NCBI GenBank assembly: GCA_002633005.1
Contig: NMRA01000009.1
Location: 1,867,366 to 1,931,365, forward strand
Source of the DNA: Phoronis australis
Lineage: Eukaryota > Animalia > Phoronida
DNA: 64,000 nucleotides
Direction: 5' to 3'
Below the pieces are notes generated by a model that saw only the letters and a list, made by a program, of their open reading frames with translations, made no database searches and had not been told where the DNA came from. Within the stretch, counting starts at the first letter, position 1. Each line of letters starts with the position of its first letter. Below, piece by piece: positions 45,761-59,429 of the stretch. The position numbers and the translations under genes are program-made.

Positions 45761-47680
45761 GCTAGGCCAAAAGTACAATGATCAACAGAAAAGAAGCCTT
45801 TGCCTTTGTCAATCATCTGCGATATTGCAGGCCCGGCTAGTATTGGTGTTTTTTAATTTCAGTGTACCTGAATCTCTGGTTTCTAGAAGAGGGAGGAGTT
45901 CATTAGAACCTTTTTTTCGATCAGTCCTTCATTCAGTTGCCCAAATTGGCAACTGCCCATTTTTTCCAATGATCGAGCCAGGGGATATGATGCCATTACA
46001 AGACTACTTGTTCGACCTGGGAAGAGTTAGAGACATCAACAGCCTTTTCAGGTTTCCATCTATGAGCAAAAGGTGCATATACCAACATGACTTTGATGGT
46101 TTAATGAGAGTGACACATAATTTCCTGAACAGTCTGGCACATGGAGGGCCTGCGAACCGCATCTTTGCTGAGGCCAGTTGAGGCAGTGGTACAGTCAATT
46201 CCAGGTGAAGTTGAAAATGATTCTATTACTACAATACAAGTTCTATACATATTATCCTGATATAGTGTAAGGACAGCCGGGCGGCTGATAAAGACAGCTA
46301 CGGGCCAGTCACTGAATCGGGGATCAGAAATGCCCGACACATACTCTGCCGTGGCCCACAAGCGTCCTCAGCTCTGATCGACCCAAATGGCCCAGCTGCG
46401 ACAACACATAAAATAGTTGTCTGTCTTGAAATGATCTACATTGTTAAAACAAAAACACACATTTTCTGCACTTACTCTTTATGCTCAAAACTGTGCCTTG
46501 AGCTCCGAATTTCAAACAGGGAAGTAAACTATCTAACAACCTCACGGCCGGGCCCTTTCTGGTGTGTGTCCTCTTCACTGACTAACCATTGAAAAACTTT
46601 GACCTAATTGCGTCCTATAAATGAGGTCAGCAAATAGTCTCGCCGCGAAAGTTTCAGCGACTGCGATCCTGACGGCGATGAAGAACGGATTCAAGGCCAA
46701 AGTCCCAGGACTAGTAGATAAAAATGTGTATTCTGGGTGATTTGTCCTAGAATTGACGTCGTGTAACTCAACATGACAGCGAAGGTTAGCAAAGATTATC
46801 CTCGCCACAACCATTTTCTTTCACATTTTCGGTTGCAGGGGCTTAACTGTCTCCCTAACGGCCTCTGTGAAACAAGTGACCCGAGTTTTGCTTACTACGG
46901 TCGGGAACGATCAGCACTTCAGATCGTGAGCACCATCCCTGAGCGAGAGACAATTAATAAGCGGCTTAGATGTCCAAATTGTTTGTGGCTTTCAGTCGAT
47001 CCACTGAGTGTTATTCGCACCAGCTTGTGACAGACGCGGGCTAAGTTAATTCGTTTATGATTCCTAAATGAAAAAAGAGTAATCTGCTTTGTGGGAGACA
47101 TCCCAGATGTTTATGTTGTATAATGGAATTAGCCGCGGCAACACCATGATTCATACAGAAATTGTCAAAGCAGCTCCATCTTTTGGCCTCAATAAAAAAA
47201 CTTGGCTATAGACCTAGGCCTATATATATGTGGGGAGTAGGGGGGGGGGGGGNTGACAGGCGCCAGCCAGGGGAACCGCGGCGACCGGTATATAGGCGTT
47301 ATAGGCCCGGGCCTAGTCGACTGAAAAAGAACCACAGAGCGAAACATCTAGAAAATTCATCCAACCGAGAATCTACCCAGTCTGTACCAGCAATATTGCC
47401 AATCGCCATTTGGACGATTGAGCCATCGCTTATACAGCTACGTGCAGAAAATCTGGGCGGTGTGAGTTAATGTAAGCATAAATGAAGAATATAGTACGCC
47501 GATCAAGCAATGAGTTTTTTTACCCAATTTACCGGCACGTCTCTCGTCAGCCTAGATCAACGAAAATCTCGACACCAAATCACTAGTGGTAAAATTACTC
47601 TATCGCAAACTGCGTGAGTTGAAACAAGCACATATTGTAGCAAGACATATGTTCACTTGTCGGGTTTTAAAAGTACTTAC

Positions 47681-47790
47681 TTGTGATAAGCATGGGTATA
47701 TCCAGCGGACACCCAGCACTTCTAATCAGCATCCAACAATTTTTTTGAAATTCTTTTTTGTCACATTGGCGTTTTCCCGTTGCTCCCATC
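47681..47790 (-). other. Candidate non-coding first exon of OCRL
   Basis: Strong donor aa|gtaagt at 47680, upstream of an acceptor at ~43927 that precedes the ATG exon; 5' boundary unknown. Confidence 0.3.
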
Positions 47791-48333
47791 TTGTTCGATT
47801 CTATAGCCCAACAACAAGTTGGGAAGTTCACCCCTGTAGCCAATATCTTACACGACTGATTAACTCCAATCTGGCATTTATGGTTGGAAGGCCAGCTCTC
47901 TTTTATTCGATAATTGCTCTCGTCTCATATAAGATCGCATCTACCCTGACTGGGCTGTGCTGTTCAAAATAAAAGTTGTAACATATTTGAACATAAACCA
48001 ATAGAATTTCTGAGATTTTCGTGAAATGGTGATCATGTTTAGGTTTTGAATCGCCAAAATCGCCCAGCTGCAACCGAAGTTACGACAATCTATTCTTTCC
48101 GAATGCACCAATTCACTCTGAGTTTGACTGTGTTCACACGTGATCTGTAATAAGCCTAGACAAAAGAGTATGCTTGGCAGTTAACAAAGGAGCTAGATAT
48201 TATCACACGCTCAGAACCCCCTACTGGTAAAGTCACTGAACGGGAAAACGCTGTCATGAGTTTTCAGAGTAAACATAAAACATTAGCCGGTGGATATTGT
48301 CACTGACAAGTTAATATAATTGTCACATATCAG

Positions 48334-48495
48334 AAACAAACAAACAAACAAGGGTACCAAAAACCGACCTCGTTTCTCTTGAAATCATTGAGTGATTAAC
48401 TCTCACTAATAAGTCTGGGTAGAGAATTCCACAGCCGCGCACCATAAACACGAAGATAAATTAGCCCGGCCACACCAGTAGTATGAGCATGACTG
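48334..48495 (-). mobile_element. CR1/L2-type LINE 3' end
   Basis: RVYGARLWNSLPRLI...LNDFK followed by a (TTTG)n tail. Confidence 0.65.
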
Positions 48496-48513
48496 ACACG
48501 AGGGGGACTTCAA

Positions 48514-49900
48514 ATGGTTAATATGCATACTTTCAACAAAGCTTTAAAACTTGTCATGGGACGCAGATATCTTGAAAGCCCTGCGTCTAAAAGTGGTGAA
48601 TTACCGGCTACCCGTTTTGCTTCATTTAGAGATGACTTTATTAAGTCGAAGTCAACTCTAATTGGTAATTCCTACTGGCGCGACGTATTTGGAAGTATGA
48701 CATCCTTCTACAAGAAAATAATTGTTGCGAGTAAAGAGGACTTTTTGAATCACCCTTTGCGGTTTAATAGCAACTTGGCGATCGCAGGCACAAGTGTTTT
48801 TGTAAAAGGCTAAAGATTATCAAAGACATGTATACCTCTGATGGCGATTTCGTTAGTTTGAACAATATAATAAATGGGGTCGATGTAAAAATCGACTTTG
48901 TAGAATATATTGGTGTTGTTTCAAAAAAATCTATTTCAAAGTTAATTTAAAAGTGTTAATGTCTATTCTCCTTGCACGCTTTTAGCAATTACTCACTTAC
49001 GGAAAGATTTGAAGGGTTGTAGACATATTTGTTCAGTCTTTAACGACGTTAAGAAACCTTCTAAGTCAGAGTGTAAATGGGAAATAGAATTAGGAGATAA
49101 TTTAGATTGGAAGAAAATATACGAATTGCCTTATGAAATTACAAAGGATACCAACATTAGATGGTTCCAATTTAGAATATTACACAGGATTATTGCAACA
49201 AATACTTTTTTATTCAAAATCCGTGTTCGGGGTTGTAACATATTTCCTCTCTTCCCATGCGCAGAAAGCAGTCACATAACAGTCAAATTATTACGTTGAA
49301 GGTGGCTCTCTTGAAATGGGAGGAATCAATCTCCAACAAAAGTCGGATTCATGGGCACCCCACCCCCGTGGCTGCCGCAAAAAATAAAACAGCAAGAGCG
49401 TGAGGAAATTCACATTATACGGCTGAAACAAGATTTAACAATGTGTGCAGCTTTAGTTTATGTGTGCGTGGGGGGGGGGGGGGNCCTGATTGCAAGTGTC
49501 CGATTCAGACAACCGGCGCAATCGCCGTTCGACGTAACTATGGCTAAGTAATGGCGCTCCCGATCGATGTGTGCGTGATATCCTAGCGACCGGCACTGGC
49601 GCTGCGCACTACAACTCCGTTTCCGTCGCCTTCTCCTCTGTACAATGAAGAAAATTATTTCATTTTTTCTGAGTAACGATAAAGAAACAGAAGCTATTGG
49701 TAAGATGAAAATTTTAATGCAAGCCTTAGGAAATCACTCAGAAACTCATAATTCTCTCTTTGTCAAGCATTAAAATTAAGACGATTCCCAAAGCAATCAC
49801 GTCATTTCTTGATGCCCAAACGTAAATCGGATTTGGTCCTTTGGGCAACTAAAGACTATTTAAAACAAAACAACTTTTGTTACGAATTGATTGCACTAAT
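48514..49900 (+). mobile_element. L1/Tx1-type LINE ORF2 C-terminal (zf-RVT) relic, interrupted
   Basis: WKKIYELPYEITKDTNIRWFQFRILHRIIATNTFLFKI; resumes near 49790 (H..F..CPNV.RIW) after an unrelated ~550-bp insert. Confidence 0.8.
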
Positions 49901-50001
49901 TATAAAACGTTTAATAAGCATTACAGAAAGAAACAGGTTTCGCGCGCAAACGATGTGGACCTTGAACAAGTATGTCTCTTAGTATTGTATTTTAAGTGAA
50001 A

Positions 50002-50066
50002 GCTTAGTGGTGCAGTAGTAAAGCGCGTGCGCTCAGTCAGACGGGTTGTGAGTTCAGATCCCAGTT
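50002..50066 (+). mobile_element. tRNA-derived SINE head or decayed tRNA pseudogene
   Basis: A-box-like TGGTGCAGTAGT and B-box-like GAGTTCAGATCC at tRNA-like spacing; no intact cloverleaf. Confidence 0.5.
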
Positions 50067-51674
50067 ATTTAAATCACTTTCAGACGTACCCGTTCTTAGT
50101 GTTGTTTTTTCTTCTTCTTTGATAATACTTCAAGAATCGAGGAAAATGCTTGTTTTTAGAGACAAAGATAAAATTTTCTCATGGACGGCATGGACTTCCC
50201 CCATTCGGTGCTATGCGCCTCTACAATCGTGCTTTGCGCGATTCGTTATAAGACAAAATTTCGGCCCCCCTTATGATATCCTAGATCCGCCACTGCTTCA
50301 CATAATTGAAAGCTGAAATTTGCAAACATGCTAGGCCTTTCCTTTGCCTGGAATCAAAGCTGGCCAGCCGCTGCGAACGCAGAATAGTGTAGAGAGAAAG
50401 CTCGCTTGACCCTGGTCATGCACGATTTTGTTAGGGGGGGCCTCAGATTTTGCAGGATAGTTCGCCTTATTGCCAAAGAACCCCATGAGAAACTTGTCAG
50501 GCAGACGGTGTGAAGGGGCTGTAAAGACCGGGCCGCTGGCCGCAGACATGCGGTGGGACGAAGACCTTCCGCCCGTAAATCCTCCCGCCCAGCCAAACGG
50601 CACACGATGGGTTTGCAAACCTCAATTATTACCTGTCACAGATTGTGTCAATACAGTTTAATTAATCCTTCTATAGCGTACCTGTAAATGATATGTGGTT
50701 TACGGCTGTACACGTTGTAGGAAACGTCTACTTCATAAGTTGTTTCTAGACTGACTGTTGGAACTGGCAACTGTGATCACTCTATAAGATTATAAACCGA
50801 GCCATGGTTGATAGATGAATCTGTGGCTGAGTAGACACAGAGACTGAGGAATACTTCGGAGGTGCGCCTTGACTAGTCTGTTGAAGAGCGCGAATAGTAC
50901 ATGGTGGTCGAAAGTCTGAGTTGAACTATGAAAGCAACTGAATGTGTGACTATCAATGGAATATAGAGTCTTATACTTGAGACACAAAAATGAACGAATG
51001 AAGTAAGATAAGGACGAACACAGTCTAAACAATTCTAAGGACAGGAAATATAGCCAATCATGTTCTCCATGGAAAAGAATTGAGCAACAGCTCATAAGTT
51101 AGGTATTAGAATGACTAGCCACTACATAAATGCAAACACTATGGCACGCAAGAAAACTGCGAGATCCTCTCCATGAGCAAAGAGCCAAGAAACTGAGTAC
51201 CACCGTGTAATGAATCGTTGCCGTAATTGATATTCAGGCAGTCAGCAGGGGACTGATTAGTCAAAGAAAGTAGAAAATACAAATAAATGTTTTGGAAAGA
51301 ACATGAGTAAATAAATTATGCATGTGAAAAGTAATAATTGTGTAACAACAAGGAGAAAACCGGTCGCCTGTGCATCAGTTGCTAACGCCGGGTTGATCGT
51401 TGACTGTAGGGTCGTGATTGTTACGGTTATACAGACAATACCAGAACATCTGGGACAGGAGCCAAATGTTGCAACTGGGATGGCCATTGCGTAGGAGCCA
51501 GTCGCAGACGCGCCTCGTTTCAAGGTTTCAAAATAAATGCCCTCTTTAATTAGGTTGGTTAGAAGATCTGGTGGGTTACTATCCGTTGGGCAGTGCGGAT
51601 CCATTTGGCTCGGGCTGTCATGGCAGGAATTTCAGTTACACTGGTTTGGAAGAAATACAGTTTTCTTTTTGGAG

Positions 51675-51781
51675 CTGTATCTGGTGCAGTACACTCTGAC
51701 TGTCTGACCAAATGAATACACTGCGGCGGACTGTATCTGGTGCAGTACACTCTGACTGTCTGACCAAATGAATACACTGCG
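51675..51781. repeat. 56-bp tandem duplication
   Basis: CTGTATCTGGTGCAGTACACTCTGACTGTCTGACCAAATGAATACACTGCG x2. Confidence 0.9.
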
Positions 51782-54700
51782 AGGACATCTGCTAGTGAGG
51801 ATATTGTATACTGTATTGAGGGTGAGTAGCTTCAACTGCGGCAATTTTCGCTCACATTTGAGCTGAGGGGATGCTTTACACTTATTCTACCGAATTTCTC
51901 TGTAAAGTCCAAAATTGAAACCAATGTAATGATCTTCCCACCATACACAATCGATGTTTGCATATTTTTATCGATTAGAAAATTCTCATTTGCAAATTTC
52001 GGATAGGTGGAGTAATTAGTTTATCTCATTTTTCGTAAATCTTATTGAATCCTGAATTTTACTGAAGAATATAGTTGTTCCAAACGGCACCAAAGGTCCA
52101 CTACATAAAGATGTAAAATGTTTGATAAATGCCAAGTGGTAACAACATGTAGTTGTTATTTGTCCTATGTTAAATACACGACACTTGTCGTTGTTAGCTA
52201 TCTTTACTCCATTCCGTTCGTATCCTCGGAACAAAGTTCGACATTCAACAGAATATTGGTAAAGTGACTGACCAAGAGACATGATTAAAAGACACACAAT
52301 ATTTCGAAACATACTTGTTCCATTCTCAAATGGAAATAAAATGACGCAATAATACCAACACAGAGCAAAAGCTATTAACAAACAGAATGGGACACGGCAG
52401 GTGTGAAATACTGCAAAGAATGACAAATGGAGGGGGTGACAGGAAAGTCACGCAAACAAGTGTATCGTGCAGCGCGACCCTGTTTGCCGCTCATTTTAAA
52501 TGCAATCAAAAGGGACTACAACCCTTTCAATCGCAGCACATCGTGCCCTACGTACCGAATTGAAGTGTTTTCCACAATTTCCTGACTGGTGATTTTACGT
52601 TCATGAAATTTCAAAAAATGTTCTTGGATGGCGCCATTTTGAAGATGCGTAAATAACCGACGGGAAAGACACAAACCCTTTGACCAATGAAACATTTGAA
52701 CGAAGACATTAGTTTGGAGAGCATACAAACTTATAAACAAAAGTACACTGGGCAGCGGGGCTGACTTTCGCTTTAGAAATGTAAGTTATTTTTCATGACG
52801 AAGTTGGAGGACTTCCTATTCTGATAATAAATAATGTCATCTAGGTAATCATCGGGCTTACAAATTTTAACATTATCCCTGATGATTTTCTTAATGGCGT
52901 TTTCGTCCTGGAGTTAATTATTAGACGTAAAATTTTTGTAATAAATTACAATGAAGTGATACGTGCTATAGATTGATCTCGCTGGTTCCCTAGCGTGCCT
53001 AGTCAGCACTCAGGTATCACGCAGTGGCACGCGCTTTAGCATTGGTTGATGTAACCTCAGCAGTTATTGGTTACCTTTACAAAACCGTGAAAAAATGGCG
53101 GACTGTGAACGATTTTTAGCCTTGTCATGCAAGTGGCGTCGCAGCAAATATTTCGTTTCTGCAGTGATGTTTAATAGCCGTGTGCTTGAAGCACATACAT
53201 GTGCAATGAACACATATCTGGCCGATTTAACTGGTGTGTTATTCATACTGTATGAATACAGGACACTATCGTAAACAAAGTCATAGACAGTAGAAAGATG
53301 TAATCCGAAAAAGCGCAACCACTATTTCCAGGATTCACATTTCCTGAACATAAATCTTAAGCACCGATTTGTCTCTACAACAGACCACATTTTACACTTC
53401 AGTCCACCAGTCATGCCAATTTGTTTGCGTAAAGCGCTGCCTGTTGAGAATTCGACTAGCCAATCAGAAACGCCGGTGTAAAAAACTTTCCGAGAAAAAT
53501 TCAGTGATACCTGCGTGCTGTCGATCCTTCCGCACTGCTTGTTTCATATCCGTTCTTTTGTAGTTGTGGGCGTGCCGTAGCTTAGTAGTAGCCTGAGCTC
53601 TTGCCTATTTTTCATCGTTGGTGCAAATCCATCGCAAAGTTGTTTTCGAATTTCTCGCCAATTCCTTAAGTCACTCAGTGAAAAAACTAATTTGGTTATT
53701 AATTCCGAGAAAATGTGAAAGAAGTGAGGCATAAAGACTCTTAACAAGTGAAATATAACATACCTGTATTATGGGAAACGGGGAGCATTCTGAAAAGTGA
53801 CAAGTTTAACTATTCTAAAGGTGTTTTGAACACTGAGCCTGATCAAGAAAAGCCGTAACGATAATGATGAGAATTTCAACAGACTCAATAAAGTTCTAGT
53901 GATGTTAAATAAGGAAACTGATGTGAACGAAAACAATCGCGCAACAAATAAAGTTTCAGAATAATTTAAACTCCTGGACATGCTGGAGGTATAACGCGAA
54001 CTATTCAAGAGTAAAATGCTCTGAATCAGAGTTGAAATTTTACTGAAACTAGGTTGCTCTGGTTCACTAAAAAGAATCAATAGCCCCAAACTTGATACTG
54101 AACTTGTTATCTTGAAGCCAATAGTTCAAACGGATTGTAGAAAGGAACCTTGCAAAGTAGTTTTATATTGGTAAACAGACCAGACCGAATGTACATTTCA
54201 GAGGCATTAACGATCAAACCATGTCCAACCTCAATGACATGCTTACTTGTAAACATGGTGGTATCTGCTACCCAGCGTCATCGTCAGCCAGGAGTCCATC
54301 TTTATCGTGGGTTTCGACCTTAACCAAACAATTGACCATTTATGAACTGACTTAAGACCTTTTTACGGGCAACGGATTTCCGAGCTTACAATGTGACGGT
54401 CGCAAACAATTGATTTCACACAAAGGTATTCCGGTCATATTCATCTTGAGCTCGCTGAGTTTGAAAGGACTCTAAACACCGTTTTGCAATTTTAACCAAC
54501 CCTCGGATTTGATGTCACATGCTAATGAATTATATGGCATCGCATTTGAATGATAAAAGCAATTAATTCAACTAAAACTCGTACTCTCCGCGACACAGAT
54601 TGGATATTGTTTCTTGTCGCCTGGTCTTTCCCTACAGTTTTGTAATTCTTCTATAGAGTAGGTCACGCTTGCGCGTTTAGCAGACATTCGGAAAGGAGTT

Positions 54701-54969
54701 CTCAAAATTTGCTCCAAACTTTGAAAGTTGTTGACGTTTTAGAAAACTAGATGGGAATGCAGTTTTTAATATCTGGTCACAGGTCAAAACCGGGTTTGGT
54801 ATCCTCTTAAATGTTCGGCTATTTGACGAATGTTAAGGGCGACAAACATCAAACGAGTTAATCCTTGAACTGGTTCAAAATCGTCTCGTATAACTCGTCA
54901 GAACAACTGTAATGTCTGTAGCTCCAGTAATAACGACATCTAGGATTCCAATGGAGTGTCGATCAGACA

Positions 54970-56529
54970 ATGCCGGATTATCGCGACTGGGTCGATTGCT
55001 TGAGAGTTGGAGACGCTAAAACAGCAAGAACAATGCTAAGCACAGCGACTGGTTCAACCAAAGATTTGATGATAAACGGAAGATTTTCAGGGGGCCTACA
55101 AATTGACAAATGGTTGATGTTTGTGGAAAATACGTGTGATGACAAAATCTCAAGGAAAACGTTCCCAGACTCCTTTAAGCAGCCTCTGACTATCGCTATT
55201 CTTTCGAAATCTACAGCAATGGTACAACTTGTGTTAGAGTCAGGTGTTGACGTATAGAAGAAAGAGGCAAATGAAAACAACATAATACATGTACATGTCC
55301 TTGTTCACTTAACAAATGCTGAGCCTATACTTGAGCATGTTTGCGGCGAAATTTATACCCTGATATCGGAGCACTTAGGCAACTCTGAAAATATTATGTT
55401 AAAAATTTTACTTCTTGCTGAAAACGGAACGAAACTACGACCACTAGAGTTGTCGAGTCAAGTTGGATGCACACATATCTTTCAACTGATTTTTAACACA
55501 GATAGTGTGTACAGAGTAACTCGGTGCAAAGGGCTGCTCACACAACACCTATATAAGGTAACAGACTACAATGGTTCTCGAGCGACAAGGAGGCACGTGT
55601 CCCCCCTAAAAATGCTAAGGTTGACAAATTATGAAAATCTGAATGAACAAAATTTCCAAACATTTAAAAACAATCTAAAGCCCTTGTCTTTGATTTTTAT
55701 TAAAAGTATGCGCTGGATGTCTGTGGTATGGTTTGGATACCACTTTCTATGCTTGGTCAGTCATCTATTTTATACACAGTACTACGTGGAACTGACCACG
55801 AACTAAACATCATTTTGCCCCGACGATGGATTTGAAACAGCGAATAAAACTTCAATGGATTTTTTCATGGCTTCAAGGTTTTATTTTTTTCTTCTAGGTA
55901 CTTTCACCGGTGTAGTTGGAGAAGCGATGAGACTTTACATTTATCTAAAACATGGCAAAACTGGAAAGTTGATAATGTTGTGAACAACTGTCATTCCGAT
56001 TTTTTTGACTGGCTTTTCTGTCATAATTCGCCGCATGTTGACAGTATTTGCTGCAAAATTCTGCAGTTTACTAGGATTAATTCTTACGGTTTTCACATTT
56101 GTCTTCAGCTTGTCAGATATACCTAATTTTGACGCTTTTGGCAAAAGTATTTATTTTACATTTCTCATTATTCTCAACATGAATGCAGATGTTGCAGCCA
56201 ACGGGAGCAATGGAGGCGTGGTTAATATATTTCACGTTTTATTCGTCGTCATTGAGGTTATCCTGATGCTAAACTTCATCTTTGCACTGATGTCCGATTC
56301 GGTGTCGAGGATGACAGGACACAAACAGTTCATTGGAGTGTTGTACAGTCTTGACGTGAGCCATGATTGCAAGATGTATCTCACGACTGTACTCGTAGTA
56401 AGGCGACTGTTTAGGAGGCTCTTGGATCGTGGATATAAGGTTGTGAATGGTAGGCGGTATGTTGCTATAGTGGATTTTAATGTCGGCGAACCTGTTGTAG
56501 CCGAATATTCAAAGGAAAATCCAGTGTGA
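54970..56529 (+). pseudogene. Intronless TRPV-like (ankyrin repeat plus transmembrane) ion-channel pseudogene
   Basis: One reading frame carries ankyrin-like segments (PLTIAIL...VQLVLESGVDV, NNIIH, AENGTKLRPLELSSQVG), S5/pore (FGKSIYFTFLIILNM) and S6/TRP-like ILMLNFIFALMSDSV. It is broken by TAG 55255, TAA 55804 and TGA 55981, and the S2-S4 region looks shortened. Confidence 0.78.
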
Positions 56530-57632
56530 TTTTGTGCTACCTGGTGTTATAAATAGGTTTGTATTGAATAAGATATCCTGCGTAAAGTCAGACTGTCACA
56601 GTACTGCCCACGGTGAGATACAGAATCCCGGGGACGCGTTCCGTAGACCCAAGATATTATTCAAGCACTTAGAAGCGAAAAATCGTCATTTATGGAACAT
56701 AATTCAACATTCATACATCAGCGGCCGCCATTTTGATAGGTGGCTCTCGTAAGATCTCGTCGAGTATTGGCGCGAAATACTCGCTTTTTAGTCGCGTGTT
56801 TTTGAGTGGTATTGCTTTTTGGCGAGACACTCAGACATACGGAAATCAGCCTCGGCTTATCGTAGTCCTAAAACTTTAGCAACATCATTAGTGTTTTGGC
56901 TGGAAAAAAGACGAAAACAGCCGGTATTTCGCGGATGGAGTACGGTTACAATCGGTTTCGCCACGATTGCTCCCAGTTTCCAGCACCATAGCTCAAGATC
57001 ATGTCAATGCCTTAGACAATGAGTTAGTTGCCAAGACTTATCTTCATATTTAAATAAAACTGTTTTCGAAATAAAAGTTACGTTTATATTTTCCAGAGGG
57101 TTCAAATCATTAGCTCCTTCGATATGTACAGAAAATGCGTTCTTTCTATATCACGACGCATTCTAATAAACAACAGTGCATTTCAATCTTTCTAAAGATG
57201 GGGCTGCAAAGTCACCAACAGATACGACGAAACAACTAACGTGACACCTCCGTGCTCTTGACAGTGACACAAAATTTTGTAATTTTCCCTGTTCTGACTT
57301 TTATGGTATCTCGTTCTCAATGAGACCATCATAAACACATTTGGGACTATAACAGCATTTTTTAATTTTCGTTATGAAAGTTTGTGACTAGTGTACACCG
57401 TATTTGAATAGATTAGATTTTTGGAATTTTGAAAATTGGAAACATATGTGACTTTTACAACCTGAAACGTTTGTTTAACGTTGCAATAATATGTTGCTCA
57501 TTAATTCTGCTGGGTGTGCAATATAATTGGGTCAGTTACCGAACCACCAGGCAGCAGTTGGATTTTGAGGTAAGCCAAGTGTCATCGTATCATCGTACGA
57601 TTTTTGAAATGCGAATATCGGTCATATCGGTG

Positions 57633-58649
57633 TTACAAGTATGACTTAGAACTGCGCTTGTGGACATTCTCATTGTTTTTCATGACTAACTTTGATATAG
57701 CTTGTACCAACTTCTGTTTTCGGTTTTCATTTGTGCTAAAACGTCTTCGTTTAAACAATTTCTTAAATGCTCGACTGAATGTGGGGTGTCGGAAATGATA
57801 AATTATTGGATTTACAAAAGAGTTGACTGTCAAAAGTATAAAGGCTAACAGCCTGAATAAGTCTGTAGTTGGAGAGGATAGGTCGGGGCGAACTGTTTCT
57901 ATAATAGACAATAGCGTCAACGGCAACGCACAAATACTTAACATGCCCACCACTAAACCAAACGTCTTAATTACCGGTAGATGTCGTCGCAATCTGGCGA
58001 CCGATAGTGCTGACGCGCGCGATCTGCGGTCGATCGCTTTGTACGCAATAAGAAACAGTCTAACATATATGCCAATGAAGCAACTCGTAAACGCAAGTCC
58101 AAACACACAAGTAAATATAACGTATTCCCCCGTGTACACTTTCAAATAAGCACATTCAATGGAAGGACGCCAGCGGTTGACGCCAAACATAGGAAGCAAT
58201 CCAACCGTCAAACTGTAGATCCAAATGCATGTACAGGCAGTGAAAACTTTTTGCGAAGTCTTTGCGTAAGCATACGTTAGTGGTTTGTTGAGCGACAAGT
58301 ATCTGTCCATAGTTATGCACATGACAAACAGAAATGAGGCGGTCAACGAAATATATGCCAAGGAGTAACGAAGCAAACACAATACCATGATTTGTTTCAG
58401 TTCTGGGCGACTATGAAGTACAACTTGAAGTGGTAGTGCAACGGCGCCTACCATTAAGTCCGCCAAACATAAGTTTACAACGAATATATTACACGTCGTT
58501 CGAAGTTCTTTAAATTTGGAGAACGCTGTGATGACAAGGATGTTTCCAAAGAGTATGGCAATAGACACGATGCTCAAAAGCACGACTTGAAGAATTGTTA
58601 GGGACGAAGTCTCGGTAAGTTCATTTGTAGTTTCGTTAGAACCCGTCAT
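57633..58649 (-). CDS. Rhodopsin-like (class A) GPCR, intronless, 338 aa; orphan, loosely adenosine-receptor/GPR119-like
   Basis: Seven hydrophobic segments with GN (TM1), NLCLADL (TM2), MDRY (TM3), W (TM4), CALP (TM6) and NSFVNPIIY (TM7); N-terminal N-glycosylation site NET. Confidence 0.92.
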   Translation of the reverse strand: MTGSNETTNELTETSSLTILQVVLLSIVSIAILFGNILVITAFSKFKELRTTCNIFVVNLCLADLMVGAVALPLQVVLHSRPELKQIMVLCLLRYSLAYISLTASFLFVMCITMDRYLSLNKPLTYAYAKTSQKVFTACTCIWIYSLTVGLLPMFGVNRWRPSIECAYLKVYTGEYVIFTCVFGLAFTSCFIGIYVRLFLIAYKAIDRRSRASALSVARLRRHLPVIKTFGLVVGMLSICALPLTLLSIIETVRPDLSSPTTDLFRLLAFILLTVNSFVNPIIYHFRHPTFSRAFKKLFKRRRFSTNENRKQKLVQAISKLVMKNNENVHKRSSKSYL

Positions 58650-59429
58650 CGCCTTTTCTTTCCCTTAAATAAGAAAATTACTTTAGCATACAATAAACAT
58701 AGAGGCCTATCAACATTCACATTGCGAACCCTGGTACATTGATGGTGTAACGGTAGGACATCTATTGTCTCGTTTGAGTAACTCACTCACTGTTACACGT
58801 ATAGTCTTATAGTGAGCGCGCTTCCGCTCTGAATAGTAATTTGTGTGTCAGTGGCTTTTGAATGGCTGCGTCTTCCCTGAACCCAATTTGAGCTCGAGGC
58901 GGCGGGATTTTGAACGTCATCGTGCCACGTGGTTTGATACATCATCATGTTTTACGGAAGTTTGCTCCGACTGTACCTATGTTACCGTACTGTACTTGAT
59001 GTTGGGAAACTCAAGAGTGCAAGTCCGTTGTGACTTAGAGATGTAAACTAATAAACCCGTACAACTCGACGTTTCTGTTTTCCGAGCAAGACAATATTCG
59101 TGCAAGGCGTGGCAACCATTTCAGAAGGTAGTGCAGACATGATGGGGGACCCACGGGGTGATATTGTGCCATGCCCCTTCCTTTGTCCTCCCCTTCAATC
59201 CTGCGTTTGCCCCCCGAAGTGACCCCATGTCATTTAAACCCTCCCCGGTCGCTACCATTTTTTGTTTGCCCCCTCCTTTAGAATGGCTTTGCCTGGCTTT
59301 ACAGTCTATACATAAGTATTATACATTTTACAAAAAGGTCGCAAGTACAAAATGTTCAGCCACTGCACTGTTATTCCTTAATATTTTACCTAAAACATCG
59401 GTGGAACTTCAAAACTGCTGTGTGAAACT

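Noticed and set aside
50002-50066. Functional tRNA gene
   Set aside because: Only A/B boxes are present; acceptor and anticodon stems do not pair.
50790-51250. Possible RTE-type LINE remnant
   Set aside because: Similarity too faint to support by eye.
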